52,066 nt of DNA, from the NCBI GenBank assembly GCA_018696115.1, contig JABHQH010000009.1:1-52066 (forward strand), in the 5' to 3' direction. Of the stretch, positions 1 to 9,373 are shown one piece after another. Numbering within the stretch: position 1 is the stretch's first letter; the number at the start of each line of letters is the position of its first letter. This DNA is from an archaeon. Its GTDB lineage: Archaea > Nanobdellota > Nanobdellia > Pacearchaeales > GW2011-AR1. The notes beneath the pieces are model-generated. The model saw only the letters and a program-made list of their open reading frames with translations. It did no database searches and had not been told where the DNA came from. The position numbers and the translations under genes are program-made.

Positions 1-113
1 TTAAGTCTTGTCGACCACCTACTGGTGACATATCAATTGTAGATATTTTTTGTTTTGTATTCATAGCTTTTTCTAAAAAAAATCTGTCCCCGCGATTGGT
101 CAAAAGGGTGCTA

Positions 114-186
114 CGCTCCCGCCGGGATTTGAACCCGGGTCACTGCCGTGAAAGGGCAGCATCCTTGGCCACTAGACTACGAGAGC
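114..186 (-). tRNA. tRNA-Glu (anticodon UUC), 73 nt, no intron, CCA not encoded
   Basis: Reverse complement folds as a canonical cloverleaf. Acceptor GCTCTCG/CGGGAGC has one G.U pair. Anticodon stem CTGCC/GGCAG with loop CTTTCAC gives anticodon TTC. T-arm is CCGGG-TTCAAAT-CCCGG. Confidence 0.8.
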
Positions 187-366
187 ACTACTCGCGTGGT
201 CTTCATGAAACGGTAAACCGTTACTTTAGACTACGAGAGCATGTCTTTATTCACCAATTTTCACTTTTAAAGCTTACGCATCATCAAATAATCTCCCGGC
301 CGTCGTTACTGATACCTCCCTAAAATGAATCAAAACACATAAAAAGCAACAAATCCCTTAAATCCT

Positions 367-1338
367 ATGGCAGAATCGAAGACCGAATCTAAAGATAAGC
401 CAAAAATTAATGATTTAATTTTCAAAGAGCTTATCAAACGAGGATATTCCCTAGAAGGAAATACGCGAATCTGGAATATCGCTGATTCTAAGTTATGGTA
501 TTTAACACCCGGACAAGCACAAGCATTTCTGGATCTTGAAAAATCAGAGAACTATGATCTTAATATTATCAAGAAAGAAATAAAATTAATCAATGATAAT
601 ATGCCGGAGATTCTTAATAAGGTAAAAGAAACCCCCCTGAACATTATTGATCTTGGTTGTGGGGACGGAAAAAAGGCAGTCATCTTCACTGAGAAACTTA
701 AGGGAAATGTGAAATTAAGATACTGTCCTGTAGATATTAGTGGATACATGGTAGAGAAGGCTCTCAAAAATATCCGAGGATTAGATGCTGGAGAGGTAGT
801 AGAATTCCAATGGAACATTTCCGATTTCGAAAATATCCAAAATATAACGGGACTACTCAGACAAGGAGAATTCAAGAAAAATCTTATTCTGCTTCTTGGA
901 AATACTTTGGGAAACTTTGAGATTAATGAATTGTTATACGAAATTAGAAGTTCGATGAAAGGTGGAGATTTCCTACTTATCGGAAATGGATTAAGTACTG
1001 TAAATCCTGAAGATCTCCTTAAGACATATACTACTGATGAGGTAAATAATTTCTTGATCAAGATTCCACAACAGCTGGGCCTAAATGAGAAAGAAGTAGA
1101 ATTTGGGACTCGGTTTAAGAACTCCCGTATTGAACTTTATTATACTATAAAGCAAGATAAGAATCTTGAATTTCAGGGAAAAAGGGTTCACTTTAATGAG
1201 GGTGATCAGATTATTGTCTCAGTATCCTACCATTATAATCGAGAAGATTTCATAAGTTTCCTAAACCTATATTTTGATGACGTGCTTGTAAAAGTTTCAG
1301 AAGATGGATCTTACGCATTAGCACTTTGTAAAAAGTAA
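367..1338 (+). CDS. class I SAM-dependent methyltransferase (possibly EgtD-like N-methyltransferase)
   Basis: 323-aa ORF with motif I IIDLGCGDGKK, followed by the acidic post-I and motif II pattern. No overlapping alternative ORF. Confidence 0.55.
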   Translation: MAESKTESKDKPKINDLIFKELIKRGYSLEGNTRIWNIADSKLWYLTPGQAQAFLDLEKSENYDLNIIKKEIKLINDNMPEILNKVKETPLNIIDLGCGDGKKAVIFTEKLKGNVKLRYCPVDISGYMVEKALKNIRGLDAGEVVEFQWNISDFENIQNITGLLRQGEFKKNLILLLGNTLGNFEINELLYEIRSSMKGGDFLLIGNGLSTVNPEDLLKTYTTDEVNNFLIKIPQQLGLNEKEVEFGTRFKNSRIELYYTIKQDKNLEFQGKRVHFNEGDQIIVSVSYHYNREDFISFLNLYFDDVLVKVSEDGSYALALCKK

Positions 1339-1908
1339 CTAACTAAATAATCTTTTACGCGGCTCCCCGACCTTACTACAATCTAGCTTAAACCGTGAAG
1401 TCAAGCCATGCTTCTTCAATAAAATCATATTACTTAGGACTTCTTCAGGTTTTGGGGCATGTGCAACATTTCTCCATTCCTTAGTCCGATAATGTCCAAA
1501 CTTTCTTCGGAGAGTATCCATGCCTTCGTTATCTGCATACCTTGTAGGTCCAAGAATATCCTTAAGTCTCTGAGAAACATTTTCTCCCCGATAGACAATG
1601 ATTCTAGGACTTCGATCCAGAGTCATGAAATCATCAATCATTGTTTCAAATCCTTCCCACTCTCGAGCTCCATCATATAATTCTTCATAGAAATCTCGGC
1701 TAAGTTCTGGAACTGCAATTTCATTATTCGCAACAAATCCTCCACCATTCTCAAGCGCATCTTCAGTAAAGGAAATAACTTCTTGTTCCGTCTTGCGATC
1801 ATACCACGGCTTGGTCATAAGAAGTGTAGTGTGTGGCAATGTAACAGTTTTAACAAGATGATTCTTTGCAGCCCATAAATCTTCTGAGGATATATATTCA
1901 TCTTCCAT
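1339..1908 (-). CDS. hypothetical protein
   Basis: 189-aa uninterrupted ORF in an AT-rich genome. No motif I recognise. Confidence 0.4.
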   Translation of the reverse strand: MEDEYISSEDLWAAKNHLVKTVTLPHTTLLMTKPWYDRKTEQEVISFTEDALENGGGFVANNEIAVPELSRDFYEELYDGAREWEGFETMIDDFMTLDRSPRIIVYRGENVSQRLKDILGPTRYADNEGMDTLRRKFGHYRTKEWRNVAHAPKPEEVLSNMILLKKHGLTSRFKLDCSKVGEPRKRLFS

Positions 1909-2018
1909 AATTTTCTAGAATAATCTGGGTTTATATCTATTTCTATCTTCTAGGCGGGTCTACTAAGCACTTCGTAAGTACCCTTCGGGCGATTTGAACT
2001 CAGAGTTCAATCTTACCA

Positions 2019-2136
2019 TGAGCCTACGGAGATTTGAACTCCGGACCTCTGGCTCTCTTCGAGTGAAGTGAGCTAACGTTCTAGCGAACATCCATCTTAT
2101 AAGACCAGCGCTCTAACCTGGCTGAGCTATAGGCTC
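2019..2136 (-). tRNA. intron-containing tRNA; anticodon loop CUUAUA|A suggests UAU (Ile) or a modified decoding tRNA; ~43-nt intron at canonical 37/38
   Basis: Reverse complement shows acceptor GAGCCTA/TAGGCTC, D stem GCTC/GAGC and anticodon 5' stem CTGGT with loop CTTATA. After a ~43-nt insert comes A+GCCAG (the 3' stem), then T-arm CGGAG-TTCAAAT-CTCCG and discriminator A. Confidence 0.55.
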
Positions 2137-2188
2137 CTAGTAGTCCACAATAAAAAAGATATAAAAACCTTCCCCCCGCACTAATTAT

Positions 2189-3370
2189 ATGCTACTTGGA
2201 CTAGTTGGGAAGCCTTCCTGCGGGAAATCGACATTCTTTAAGGCAGCAACGCTTTCAGACGTTTTAATCGCTTCATACCCCTTTGCAACAATAAAACCTA
2301 ACCACGGGATCGGATACGTGCGTGTTGAAGCTCTCTGTAAGGAACTCGGGGTAAAATGCAATCCACGAACAGGATATTGCACTGGAGAGACACGATTTGT
2401 CCCCGTAGAGCTTATGGATGTAGCAGGTTTAGTCGAAGGAGCATCCGAAGGAAAGGGATTGGGGAATCAATTCTTAGATGATTTAAGGAAGGCAGATGTC
2501 TTCATGCATATTGTAGACATTTCTGGGACAACCGATGCGGAAGGAAAGGAAGGACAAGGAGATCCAGTAGCAGACGTAAAAATGTTAGAGAACGAACTAG
2601 ACAAGTGGTATCGGGGAATTCTTGCAAAGGTTTGGCATAAACTTTCCAGAACAATCCAAACATCAAAACAAGATTTTGCAGCAACAATCGCAAAACAATT
2701 TTCTGGATTAAAGGTGGATGAAGATGATGTGAAAGATGTTACACTAAAATTAAAACTCGATCCAGAAAAGCCTGCAGACTGGTCGGAAGAAGATCTAGCG
2801 AAATTTGCAACAACCCTAAGGCATATGACTAAACCAATGATAATCGCAGCAAATAAGGTAGACAAACCAAATTCAAAAGAAAATTTAGAAAGACTAAAAC
2901 AAGAATATCCCGATCTTATGGTCATCCCGTGCTCCGCAGATAGCGAGCTTGCATTAAGGGAAGCAGCCCAACACGAATTAATTGAGTACATTCCTGGAGA
3001 GAAAACCTTCAAAATAAATGAAGACAAAATAAACGAAAAACAAAAAGCTGCATTACAATCAATTCAAAAAAACGTCCTTGACGTATTTGGATCAACCGGA
3101 GTTCAAGATGTTCTAGACAAGGCAGTTTTCGATCTTCTAAAGTACATCGCTATTTTTCCAGCCGGATCAAAACTCGCAGATAGTAAGGGTAACGTTCTGC
3201 CAGATTGTTTCCTTCTTCCAGAAGGTTCAACAGCCCTAGATTTCGCTTACCACCTCCACACAGACATTGGAGATGGTTTCATAAAAGCAGTTGATGTAAG
3301 AACAAAACAACCAGTAGGAAAAGATCATCCGTTAAAGAATCGAGATGGTATTGAGATTATGACAAAGTGA
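2189..3370 (+). CDS. Obg-family P-loop GTPase (YchF/OLA1- or DRG-like) with C-terminal TGS domain
   Basis: G1 motif GLVGKPSCGKST and G3 motif DVAGLV. The C-terminal ~80 aa resemble a TGS domain. Length 393 aa. Confidence 0.7.
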   Translation: MLLGLVGKPSCGKSTFFKAATLSDVLIASYPFATIKPNHGIGYVRVEALCKELGVKCNPRTGYCTGETRFVPVELMDVAGLVEGASEGKGLGNQFLDDLRKADVFMHIVDISGTTDAEGKEGQGDPVADVKMLENELDKWYRGILAKVWHKLSRTIQTSKQDFAATIAKQFSGLKVDEDDVKDVTLKLKLDPEKPADWSEEDLAKFATTLRHMTKPMIIAANKVDKPNSKENLERLKQEYPDLMVIPCSADSELALREAAQHELIEYIPGEKTFKINEDKINEKQKAALQSIQKNVLDVFGSTGVQDVLDKAVFDLLKYIAIFPAGSKLADSKGNVLPDCFLLPEGSTALDFAYHLHTDIGDGFIKAVDVRTKQPVGKDHPLKNRDGIEIMTK

Positions 3371-3469
3371 TTCCATCGAGGCGAGATGGTGAATGATTTG
3401 CTCTTGAACAAGATTAAAAATACTCCAGAGCAAATTATGAATTTGAGATTATGACAAAGTAAGAATTTT

Positions 3470-3961
3470 CTAAACATGTCCTGGACAAAGCACATCATAA
3501 TCAAGACCCCTTAACAAGGCTAAACTTTCATCCATCTTCTCTGGTTCGCTCTCTTCTAAATCTCTCCTACCGATCCCACTTCCGTGAAAAAGCGTATCTC
3601 CTGAAAATAAAAATTTCTTGTACAAAAGAGCAATACTATCAAAGGTATGTCCTGGGCAACGGAAAACTTTCATCCCTTCAATCTCCAAATCATCAATATT
3701 TTCATTATTAAAGATCTCAGCGTTGGAGAAAACTCCCGCATTTTCAACATGATCCCAATGTGTATGTGTTAAAATCAAGGTATCAACACTTGCAGGATCA
3801 ATCTTTAGCTTATCCAAATCTTCAAGCAACTCTTCCTTATTCTTTTTAGTAGAAGTATCAATAATAACCTTTCTTCCATCAGCTAGCTTAAAATAATAAA
3901 CACAAGAACCAAACTGAGAAAAACACATCTGAGAAATTTCATCTGAGATTATATTTATCAT
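3470..3961 (-). CDS. metallo-beta-lactamase fold hydrolase (short)
   Basis: HxHxDH motif (LTHTHWDHV) plus downstream His/Asp ligands (CPGHT, GDTLFHG). Confidence 0.65.
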   Translation of the reverse strand: MINIISDEISQMCFSQFGSCVYYFKLADGRKVIIDTSTKKNKEELLEDLDKLKIDPASVDTLILTHTHWDHVENAGVFSNAEIFNNENIDDLEIEGMKVFRCPGHTFDSIALLYKKFLFSGDTLFHGSGIGRRDLEESEPEKMDESLALLRGLDYDVLCPGHV

Positions 3962-4380
3962 TCTCCAATCACCTTAACTAAAACTCGTTTATCTCTTCGC
4001 CCATCAAATTCTCCATAAAAAATCTGTTCCCACGGCCCAAAATCTAGCTGTCCATCAGTTATAGCAACAACAACTTCTCGCCCCATTATCGTTCTCTTCA
4101 AATGAGCATCCCCATTGACCTCTCCAGTTCGATGATGCCTATATCCGTCAGGTGTTGCCCGAGTCGGAGCCAACTTCTCAAGCCATTCCATAAAATCTTC
4201 CTTCAACCCCGATTCTTCATCATTAATAAAAACCGAAGAAGTAATATGCATAGAATTAACAAGAGCAATGCCTTCCTTAATTCCAGAATCAATAATCGCT
4301 TCCCCAACATCTCGAGTGATATTAACAATTTCCTTCTCCTTTTCTGTCCGAATCAGAAGGTGTTTCATGAAACTTTTCAT
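3958..4380 (-). CDS. YjbQ/UPF0047 family protein (secondary thiamine-phosphate synthase-like)
   Basis: Family-typical stretch [16 protein letters not shown]...[20 protein letters not shown]. 140 aa. 4-nt overlap with the upstream gene suggests an operon. Confidence 0.7.
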   Translation of the reverse strand: MKSFMKHLLIRTEKEKEIVNITRDVGEAIIDSGIKEGIALVNSMHITSSVFINDEESGLKEDFMEWLEKLAPTRATPDGYRHHRTGEVNGDAHLKRTIMGREVVVAITDGQLDFGPWEQIFYGEFDGRRDKRVLVKVIGE

Positions 4381-4476
4381 AAAATCAAGACCCCAATATC
4401 CTTTATATTAATTGTTATACCAAGGCACCTCATTTCTCCCCTAAATATTTATAAACTTATTCAACCTTACCAAATT

Positions 4477-4692
4477 ATGTGGAATAGATTAGCAATGCAG
4501 GAGAGAGAACGTCAAAATAGGTTGCGTAGACAATTAATTGCGAGTCAAATGGAGGCTCAAGGAGCAACTCCGGCAGAAATCAGTCGCGCAATAAATCCCG
4601 ATCGAAAAGTTGATGATTCGCTCGGAAGGGATGAATTATATCTGAGAGAACCTTGCCACATAGATCTCCCGCCACCTTACAATCCTAATTAA
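4477..4692 (+). CDS. small hypothetical protein (~71 aa), Arg/Gln-rich N-terminus
   Basis: Internal Met of ORF 4102..4692 that lies in an otherwise empty gap. A TTTATAAAC box sits ~25 nt upstream, consistent with an archaeal leaderless transcript. The 5' part of the long ORF is antisense to yjbQ. Confidence 0.3.
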   Translation: MWNRLAMQERERQNRLRRQLIASQMEAQGATPAEISRAINPDRKVDDSLGRDELYLREPCHIDLPPPYNPN

Positions 4693-4770
4693 TCTTAGCA
4701 ACAACAATCAATATAAACCATCCAATCTTACCCGGATTATGACAAATAAACAAAAGGTAATCGAAATAAA

Positions 4771-5211
4771 ATGAGCATGCCCGTATATTATGGAATTAGT
4801 CCCCTAAGTGGAAAAATTATGATCCACGCACCCGGAAGGTTTTTAGCTGCGGCAACAAATACCGAGAAGAAGGTAACTGTTTCAGTATATATCGACAGGA
4901 AACCAGTCGAAGAGGCATTCCAAAATATATTATTAAATAATGAGTATTTGAGATTCGCAGTTTTTACTGGAATGGTAACCAAATACAAATTAGGTGATCG
5001 GAGAATAAGAGAAATGGATAAACTTGAAAGAAGGGGCCAAATTGGTAAATTGAATAAGAAAATACAGGGATACTGTATTGGGATGGTTAAACAGATGGAC
5101 GCCATAACAACCTTTGTTCTAGATTCCTTAGATGATTTTGAGTTAGGTTCCAAAATGAAAAAAAATAGAAGAGATGATTCCGAAGATCAGGGAGAATACC
5201 TTGCCCATTAA
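4771..5211 (+). CDS. hypothetical protein
   Basis: 146-aa ORF with no recognisable motif. Confidence 0.4.
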   Translation: MSMPVYYGISPLSGKIMIHAPGRFLAAATNTEKKVTVSVYIDRKPVEEAFQNILLNNEYLRFAVFTGMVTKYKLGDRRIREMDKLERRGQIGKLNKKIQGYCIGMVKQMDAITTFVLDSLDDFELGSKMKKNRRDDSEDQGEYLAH

Positions 5212-5614
5212 ATATTTTCATGCACCAGATATAAAAAAGGCGGCAGGAGAGATTGTAGAAATGCTCGGATGGAATCATATTCTTTTAGAACACGTCGCAT
5301 TTATTAGGAGTCTCGGTTCAAAATCACGAGGTACAATTGCACGATGTCATGCTCTTGGGAAAGCAATGCAAATTGGAATGGGACGGGACAAAGGATTCTA
5401 TCTTATCGAAGTTATTTCTAAAAGATTTGATAATCTTCCCGTCGAGGAACAGATAAAAGTTATCATTCATGAGCTCATGCATATTCCAAAATCCTTCGGA
5501 GGAGGATTTATTCATCACGACAAGGTTCATGAGCGCGCCGTAGAGAAAGTCTACCAACATTATTGTAACTTAAAGCAAGGAGAAAATCCCGAGGAAAAAA
5601 AAGGATGGTTCTAG
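5174..5614 (+). CDS. putative HExxH zinc metallohydrolase (DUF45/SprT-like)
   Basis: IIHELMHIP motif near the C-terminal third. 146 aa. Confidence 0.45.
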   Translation: MIPKIRENTLPIKYFHAPDIKKAAGEIVEMLGWNHILLEHVAFIRSLGSKSRGTIARCHALGKAMQIGMGRDKGFYLIEVISKRFDNLPVEEQIKVIIHELMHIPKSFGGGFIHHDKVHERAVEKVYQHYCNLKQGENPEEKKGWF

Positions 5615-5904
5615 AAAAATTTACATACTTTGTCGACGGAAAAAAGAAAACAATCGACGTAAAAAAAGTATCTATATTTTCTCCAGGACTTCTTTTCAGA
5701 AGAAAATCGCCCCCACTTCTTTTCACACTTAGAAAAGAAAAAAGTTTTTCGATCTTTTCACTTTTTTGTAAACCCTTCAAGGCAATTTGGATTGACGAAA
5801 AGAAGCGCACAACAAAAATTGTCGACGTGAAAAATTGGAAACTCAACATCCGCGGTCATGGCAAATACTTACTAGAAATACCGACGAGGATTACTCAAAA
5901 ATGA
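5605..5904 (+). CDS. hypothetical protein
   Basis: 99-aa ORF overlapping the previous stop by 10 nt. Lys-rich. Confidence 0.35.
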   Translation: MVLEKFTYFVDGKKKTIDVKKVSIFSPGLLFRRKSPPLLFTLRKEKSFSIFSLFCKPFKAIWIDEKKRTTKIVDVKNWKLNIRGHGKYLLEIPTRITQK

Positions 5905-5998
5905 TAAAACTGCCTCGATAATCGGGGCGAAACATTTAAATAGAAAACCGATCTAAGAGGATTGAATCTTTAGAAGAGGTAAAAAGGAGGTTATAAAC

Positions 5999-6175
5999 AT
6001 GGGAAAAATTATCGCTAAAAACGTCGTTGAACGAAAATCTGGATTTCTATATTATGTAGATGGAAAGGGAAACGTTTGCGAGGCTAAGATGGCTCGAGGT
6101 GGAAAGAAGAAAAAGAAAGCCGCTAAGAAACCAGCAAAGAAGAAGCCAACTGCTAAGAAGAAAAAGAAGAAGTAA
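5999..6175 (+). CDS. small (58 aa) beta-rich protein with poly-Lys C-terminal tail; candidate chromatin/nucleic-acid-binding protein
   Basis: Not in the ORF track because it is under 60 aa. ATG at 5999 is preceded by AAAAAGGAGG (6-8 nt spacing). TAA at 6173. Sequence: MGKIIAKNVVERKSGFLYYVDGKGNVCEAKMARGGKKKKKAAKKPAKKKPTAKKKKKK. Confidence 0.55.
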   Translation: MGKIIAKNVVERKSGFLYYVDGKGNVCEAKMARGGKKKKKAAKKPAKKKPTAKKKKKK

Positions 6176-6215
6176 TTCTTCACAACTATTATTAATTTTT
6201 TAATTTATCACATTC

Positions 6216-6253
6216 AATGAATCTCCCACGTTAGGGAGCTTGGGAGATTCATT
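6216..6253. terminator. perfect 13-bp inverted repeat hairpin between convergent genes
   Basis: AATGAATCTCCCA-(12 nt)-TGGGAGATTCATT, located between the stops at 6175 (+) and 6384 (-). Confidence 0.4.
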
Positions 6254-6383
6254 ATAACTTGCCGAGCTTGTTTGGTTTATCAAATGCCATCTAGGCACGA
6301 GGTACACCATTGGGTGTTATATTCAATCTCTTCCGATTTAGAAACCTAATCTTTTTATCTGTCGTATTATATTTAGGTATTAC

Positions 6384-7115
6384 TTACTTACCAGCAAGTT
6401 TCCAAAGCATTTTAAAATAATCTCTAAAGCTATCCGCATAATCTTTATTCTCTACAACAAACGCGATCGGGTTTTCTGCCCAAACAATCGTCGCAGTTTT
6501 ATTCCCATAGACATTAACAACTGCAGGAGTGATATATTCCTTCGGCAAAACTTTCATAGACGTCAAAGGGTTCTTCCTGGATTCTTGAATAAAGTTCACA
6601 GCTTCCTTATTATAAATTATCTTCAACTTGAGTTTCTTTTTGAGTCTTCTTTTTGTCCAATGCAAAACATATCTCTCAAAAACTTCGGGTATGTCTATGG
6701 CTCCAAAAACAAGATATTCATCTCCAGGATTCAACGTATCTAAGATATCCTCAAAAACCTGTTTAATTCCTGCGTACCCTTCGTAAATTGTCGCCCCTTG
6801 TTTTTTTGCTTTAGTCATTTTCTTTTGCAACTCAAGTTCCTTAACGACTGTTTTTAGCTCACTCTCTCTAGATTTAAATTTTTCAAGAAGCTGCTTCGGA
6901 TCTCCAGCCTCAAAATAAGTTTTTTTATTTTTCTTAACCGTAGAAATCAATCCTTTCTTTATCAGCCTCTCTAAAATGCTATATCCATTTGACCTATCAA
7001 GCCCCGCATTTCTAGTAATTTCAGCAGCAGTCGAAGAATCCATTCTAAGACATGCAAGATAAGCCTTTATTTCCCCCTCATTCAATCCAGCTTCTTTCAA
7101 CACTTCTAAATTCAT
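6384..7115 (-). CDS. TrmB-family transcriptional regulator
   Basis: N-terminal winged HTH typical of TrmB (EGEIKAYLACLRMDSSTAAEITRNAGLDRSNGYSILERLIKKGLIS). 243 aa with a C-terminal sensor-like domain. Confidence 0.65.
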   Translation of the reverse strand: MNLEVLKEAGLNEGEIKAYLACLRMDSSTAAEITRNAGLDRSNGYSILERLIKKGLISTVKKNKKTYFEAGDPKQLLEKFKSRESELKTVVKELELQKKMTKAKKQGATIYEGYAGIKQVFEDILDTLNPGDEYLVFGAIDIPEVFERYVLHWTKRRLKKKLKLKIIYNKEAVNFIQESRKNPLTSMKVLPKEYITPAVVNVYGNKTATIVWAENPIAFVVENKDYADSFRDYFKMLWKLAGK

Positions 7116-7325
7116 CTATCTTAAATGTAATCCTTCTTTATAAAGTTGTTGTTAGTACAACAACAAAACTTAATATAGCCTCTAATATTGTAACTACTAT
7201 AGAGTTAAGATAGACTCAAAAAAATAAAATGAAGACACAGAAAACAGAAAACATTGAAAGAGAAAAAATTGATTCAGGTAGACCTCAAATTCAAAAAGAT
7301 TTGATGAAAGGAGGTAATAATTAAA

Positions 7326-8072
7326 ATGAGCAAACAAATAAACGAACAAATAAAACCATATGCGGATCTTCTAGGTATACGTAATAGATCAGCGCAGTTT
7401 GCAGGTGCAAATCTTAGAGGGATAGATCTTAGAAGTGCAGATTTTTCATATGGAAATTTTGGAGGAGCAGATCTCCGATGGGCAAATCTCCGATGGACAA
7501 AGCTTACTGATGCATATCTTAAAGGCGCAGATCTTAGAATGGCAGATCTTGAATGGGCAGGCCTTCACGAAGCAAACCTTCAAGATACAGATCTTAGAGG
7601 GGCAAATCTTACTCATGCACGTTTTTGTGACGCAAACCTTGAAGGTTCGAATCTTCATGAAGCAGAACTTGGCGATGCATCTATGATATATGCAAATTTT
7701 AGCGGGGCAAATCTTCAAAATACATATTGTCAAGGTGCAAGGCTTTGCGGGTCAAAGTTTATAGGGGCAGATCTTAGAGGGGCAGATCTTACCCATGCAG
7801 ACCTTTGTAGCGCAACTTTTCAAGATACAGATCTTAGAGGGGCAAATCTTCGCGAAGCAAATGCCTATGAAGAATATTATAAGGCAACTTTTCAAAATGC
7901 AGATCTTAGAGGGGCAGATCTTAGCGGGGCAAATCTTCAATATGCAAATCTTATAGGAACAGATCTTAGAGGGGCAAATCTTGAAAATACAGATCTTAGA
8001 GGAATACGCGTTGATAGCCCTAATGGAAAGCATTATCAGTGGTCAAAGAGAAATGAACTACGAGAAGAGTAG
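7326..8072 (+). CDS. pentapeptide-repeat protein
   Basis: About 40 consecutive A(D/N)LxG/ADLRGANL pentapeptides. AGGAGG lies 8 nt upstream. A T-rich tract at 8095-8130 follows the stop. Confidence 0.85.
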   Translation: MSKQINEQIKPYADLLGIRNRSAQFAGANLRGIDLRSADFSYGNFGGADLRWANLRWTKLTDAYLKGADLRMADLEWAGLHEANLQDTDLRGANLTHARFCDANLEGSNLHEAELGDASMIYANFSGANLQNTYCQGARLCGSKFIGADLRGADLTHADLCSATFQDTDLRGANLREANAYEEYYKATFQNADLRGADLSGANLQYANLIGTDLRGANLENTDLRGIRVDSPNGKHYQWSKRNELREE

Positions 8073-8170
8073 TAAAGTAGCTAAGCATTTATCTAAAAAA
8101 GAGGTGATTTTTTTATTTTTTTAAATTGTATTAGTTGATACATTTTCCAATAAGGTATACAATATACTAA

Positions 8171-8539
8171 CTACAAATCCCCAATAGCCTTCTGCAAAGC
8201 ATCCGCAGCCAAATTAGAACAATGAACTTTTATCGGAGGCAACTGACCCAACGCCGCAGCCACATCCTTATTTGTAACCTTCTTAGCCTCGCCCAAACTT
8301 TTACCCTTAACCAAAGTCGTCATCATCGAAGAACTCGCAATCGCCGCAGCACATCCAAAAGTCTGAAACTTCACATCCTCAATCTTATCCCCATCAACTT
8401 TCAACATAACTTTCAAAACATCCCCACAACTAGGATTCCCAACAGTCCCAACACCATCAGCATCCTCAATCTCACCCATGTTCCGCGGATTCTGAAAATG
8501 ATCGAAAACCGCCTTCGTATAATCACAATTACTCTCCAT
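8171..8539 (-). CDS. iscU: Fe-S cluster assembly scaffold IscU/NifU N-terminal domain protein
   Basis: Three conserved Cys contexts (NPSCGD, FGCAAA) plus the LPPIKVHCS region. Confidence 0.85.
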   Translation of the reverse strand: MESNCDYTKAVFDHFQNPRNMGEIEDADGVGTVGNPSCGDVLKVMLKVDGDKIEDVKFQTFGCAAAIASSSMMTTLVKGKSLGEAKKVTNKDVAAALGQLPPIKVHCSNLAADALQKAIGDL

Positions 8540-9179
8540 TTTTACCCTCCATAAAAAAGTAATTCAAAACATTCACACCATCAACCCATTTTTTCTCGAA
8601 GACTTTACTTTCAATAATTTCAAAATGAGCCCCAAACAAACCCATAAGCTCATCTGAAGATGAGAAATACATTTTTGCTCCAACAATCGCCCTAGCATTC
8701 TCAGGAATTATTCTCAACTTTCCTTCTCCAAACTTTTTATCCCGATCATTAAAACACACCGAAAAATACTTCCCATTTTCATTCAACAAATTAGCAACAT
8801 CTCCAACATATTTCTCCCTATTCTCTGGCATCACAAGATGCAAAAGAGCCCATTCCAAAACGAAACCAAACTTCTCATCTAACTTATCCAAATCCGCAAC
8901 ATCCATTGCCATAAATTTAACATCAACTCCAGCATCCTCAGCATTTTGCTTCGCATACTTTATAGCATTCTCAGACAAATCAATCGCCGTAACGTCAAAT
9001 CCCTTCGAAGCAAGATAAATAGCATAAAACCCCTCGCCGCACCCAACATCAAGACATTTGCACGGTTTAATTTTCCCAGATTCAACCAATTCAACCAATT
9101 CAGTTGGCGGCTCAGATCGCGTCCAAACAGCCCCAGGTTTCTCGTAAGTCTTTTCTAGAAGTTCTTTTCCATTATTCAT
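8529..9179 (-). CDS. class I SAM-dependent methyltransferase (TPMT-like)
   Basis: Motif I CLDVGCGEGFYAIYLA. 216 aa. Confidence 0.6.
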   Translation of the reverse strand: MNNGKELLEKTYEKPGAVWTRSEPPTELVELVESGKIKPCKCLDVGCGEGFYAIYLASKGFDVTAIDLSENAIKYAKQNAEDAGVDVKFMAMDVADLDKLDEKFGFVLEWALLHLVMPENREKYVGDVANLLNENGKYFSVCFNDRDKKFGEGKLRIIPENARAIVGAKMYFSSSDELMGLFGAHFEIIESKVFEKKWVDGVNVLNYFFMEGKNGE

Positions 9180-9373
9180 TTTTTATTCAGCTCCGCCAAC
9201 AACTCGTCAACATCAACACCATGTGCTTCAGCACCCCGTTCAATGGTCTCTAATTGCGCCATAGGACAACCACCACAGAACATTCCTCGCTCAGCTAACT
9301 TCTCAGCAGCAGCAGGATTTGCATGAATCAACTCCGCAAACGTCATTTCCTTGTGTATTTTTTTCTTTGCCAT
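9176..9373 (-). CDS. DUF1858-type small redox-disulfide protein
   Basis: FCGGCPMAQLETIERGAEAHGVDVDELLAEL matches the hybrid-cluster-associated disulfide domain. It overlaps the upstream gene's 3' end in a different frame, so the start is uncertain. Confidence 0.6.
   Translation of the reverse strand: MAKKKIHKEMTFAELIHANPAAAEKLAERGMFCGGCPMAQLETIERGAEAHGVDVDELLAELNKK

Noticed and set aside
96-323. 75-aa ORF on + strand
   Set aside because: It lies over the tRNA-Glu gene and its duplicated fragment. It is Arg-rich translation of tRNA sequence, not a gene.
552-1061. 169-aa ORF antisense to the methyltransferase gene
   Set aside because: Fully embedded antisense in a well-supported CDS, with low-complexity Ser/Phe composition.
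2467-3027. 186-aa and 63-aa ORFs antisense to the Obg-like GTPase
   Set aside because: Embedded antisense ORFs, with no motifs.
7435-8033. Three ORFs (7435..7686 +, 7446..7733 -, 7752..8033 -) inside the pentapeptide gene
   Set aside because: Alternative-frame and antisense readings of the repeat (ICPSKIC.. and QILxGQ repeats). These are artefacts of periodic DNA.
9176-9373. Possible frameshift joining DUF1858 ORF to arsM
   Set aside because: The two are distinct domain families, and a 40-70 nt out-of-frame overlap is common in compact archaeal operons. There is no evidence of a disrupted domain.
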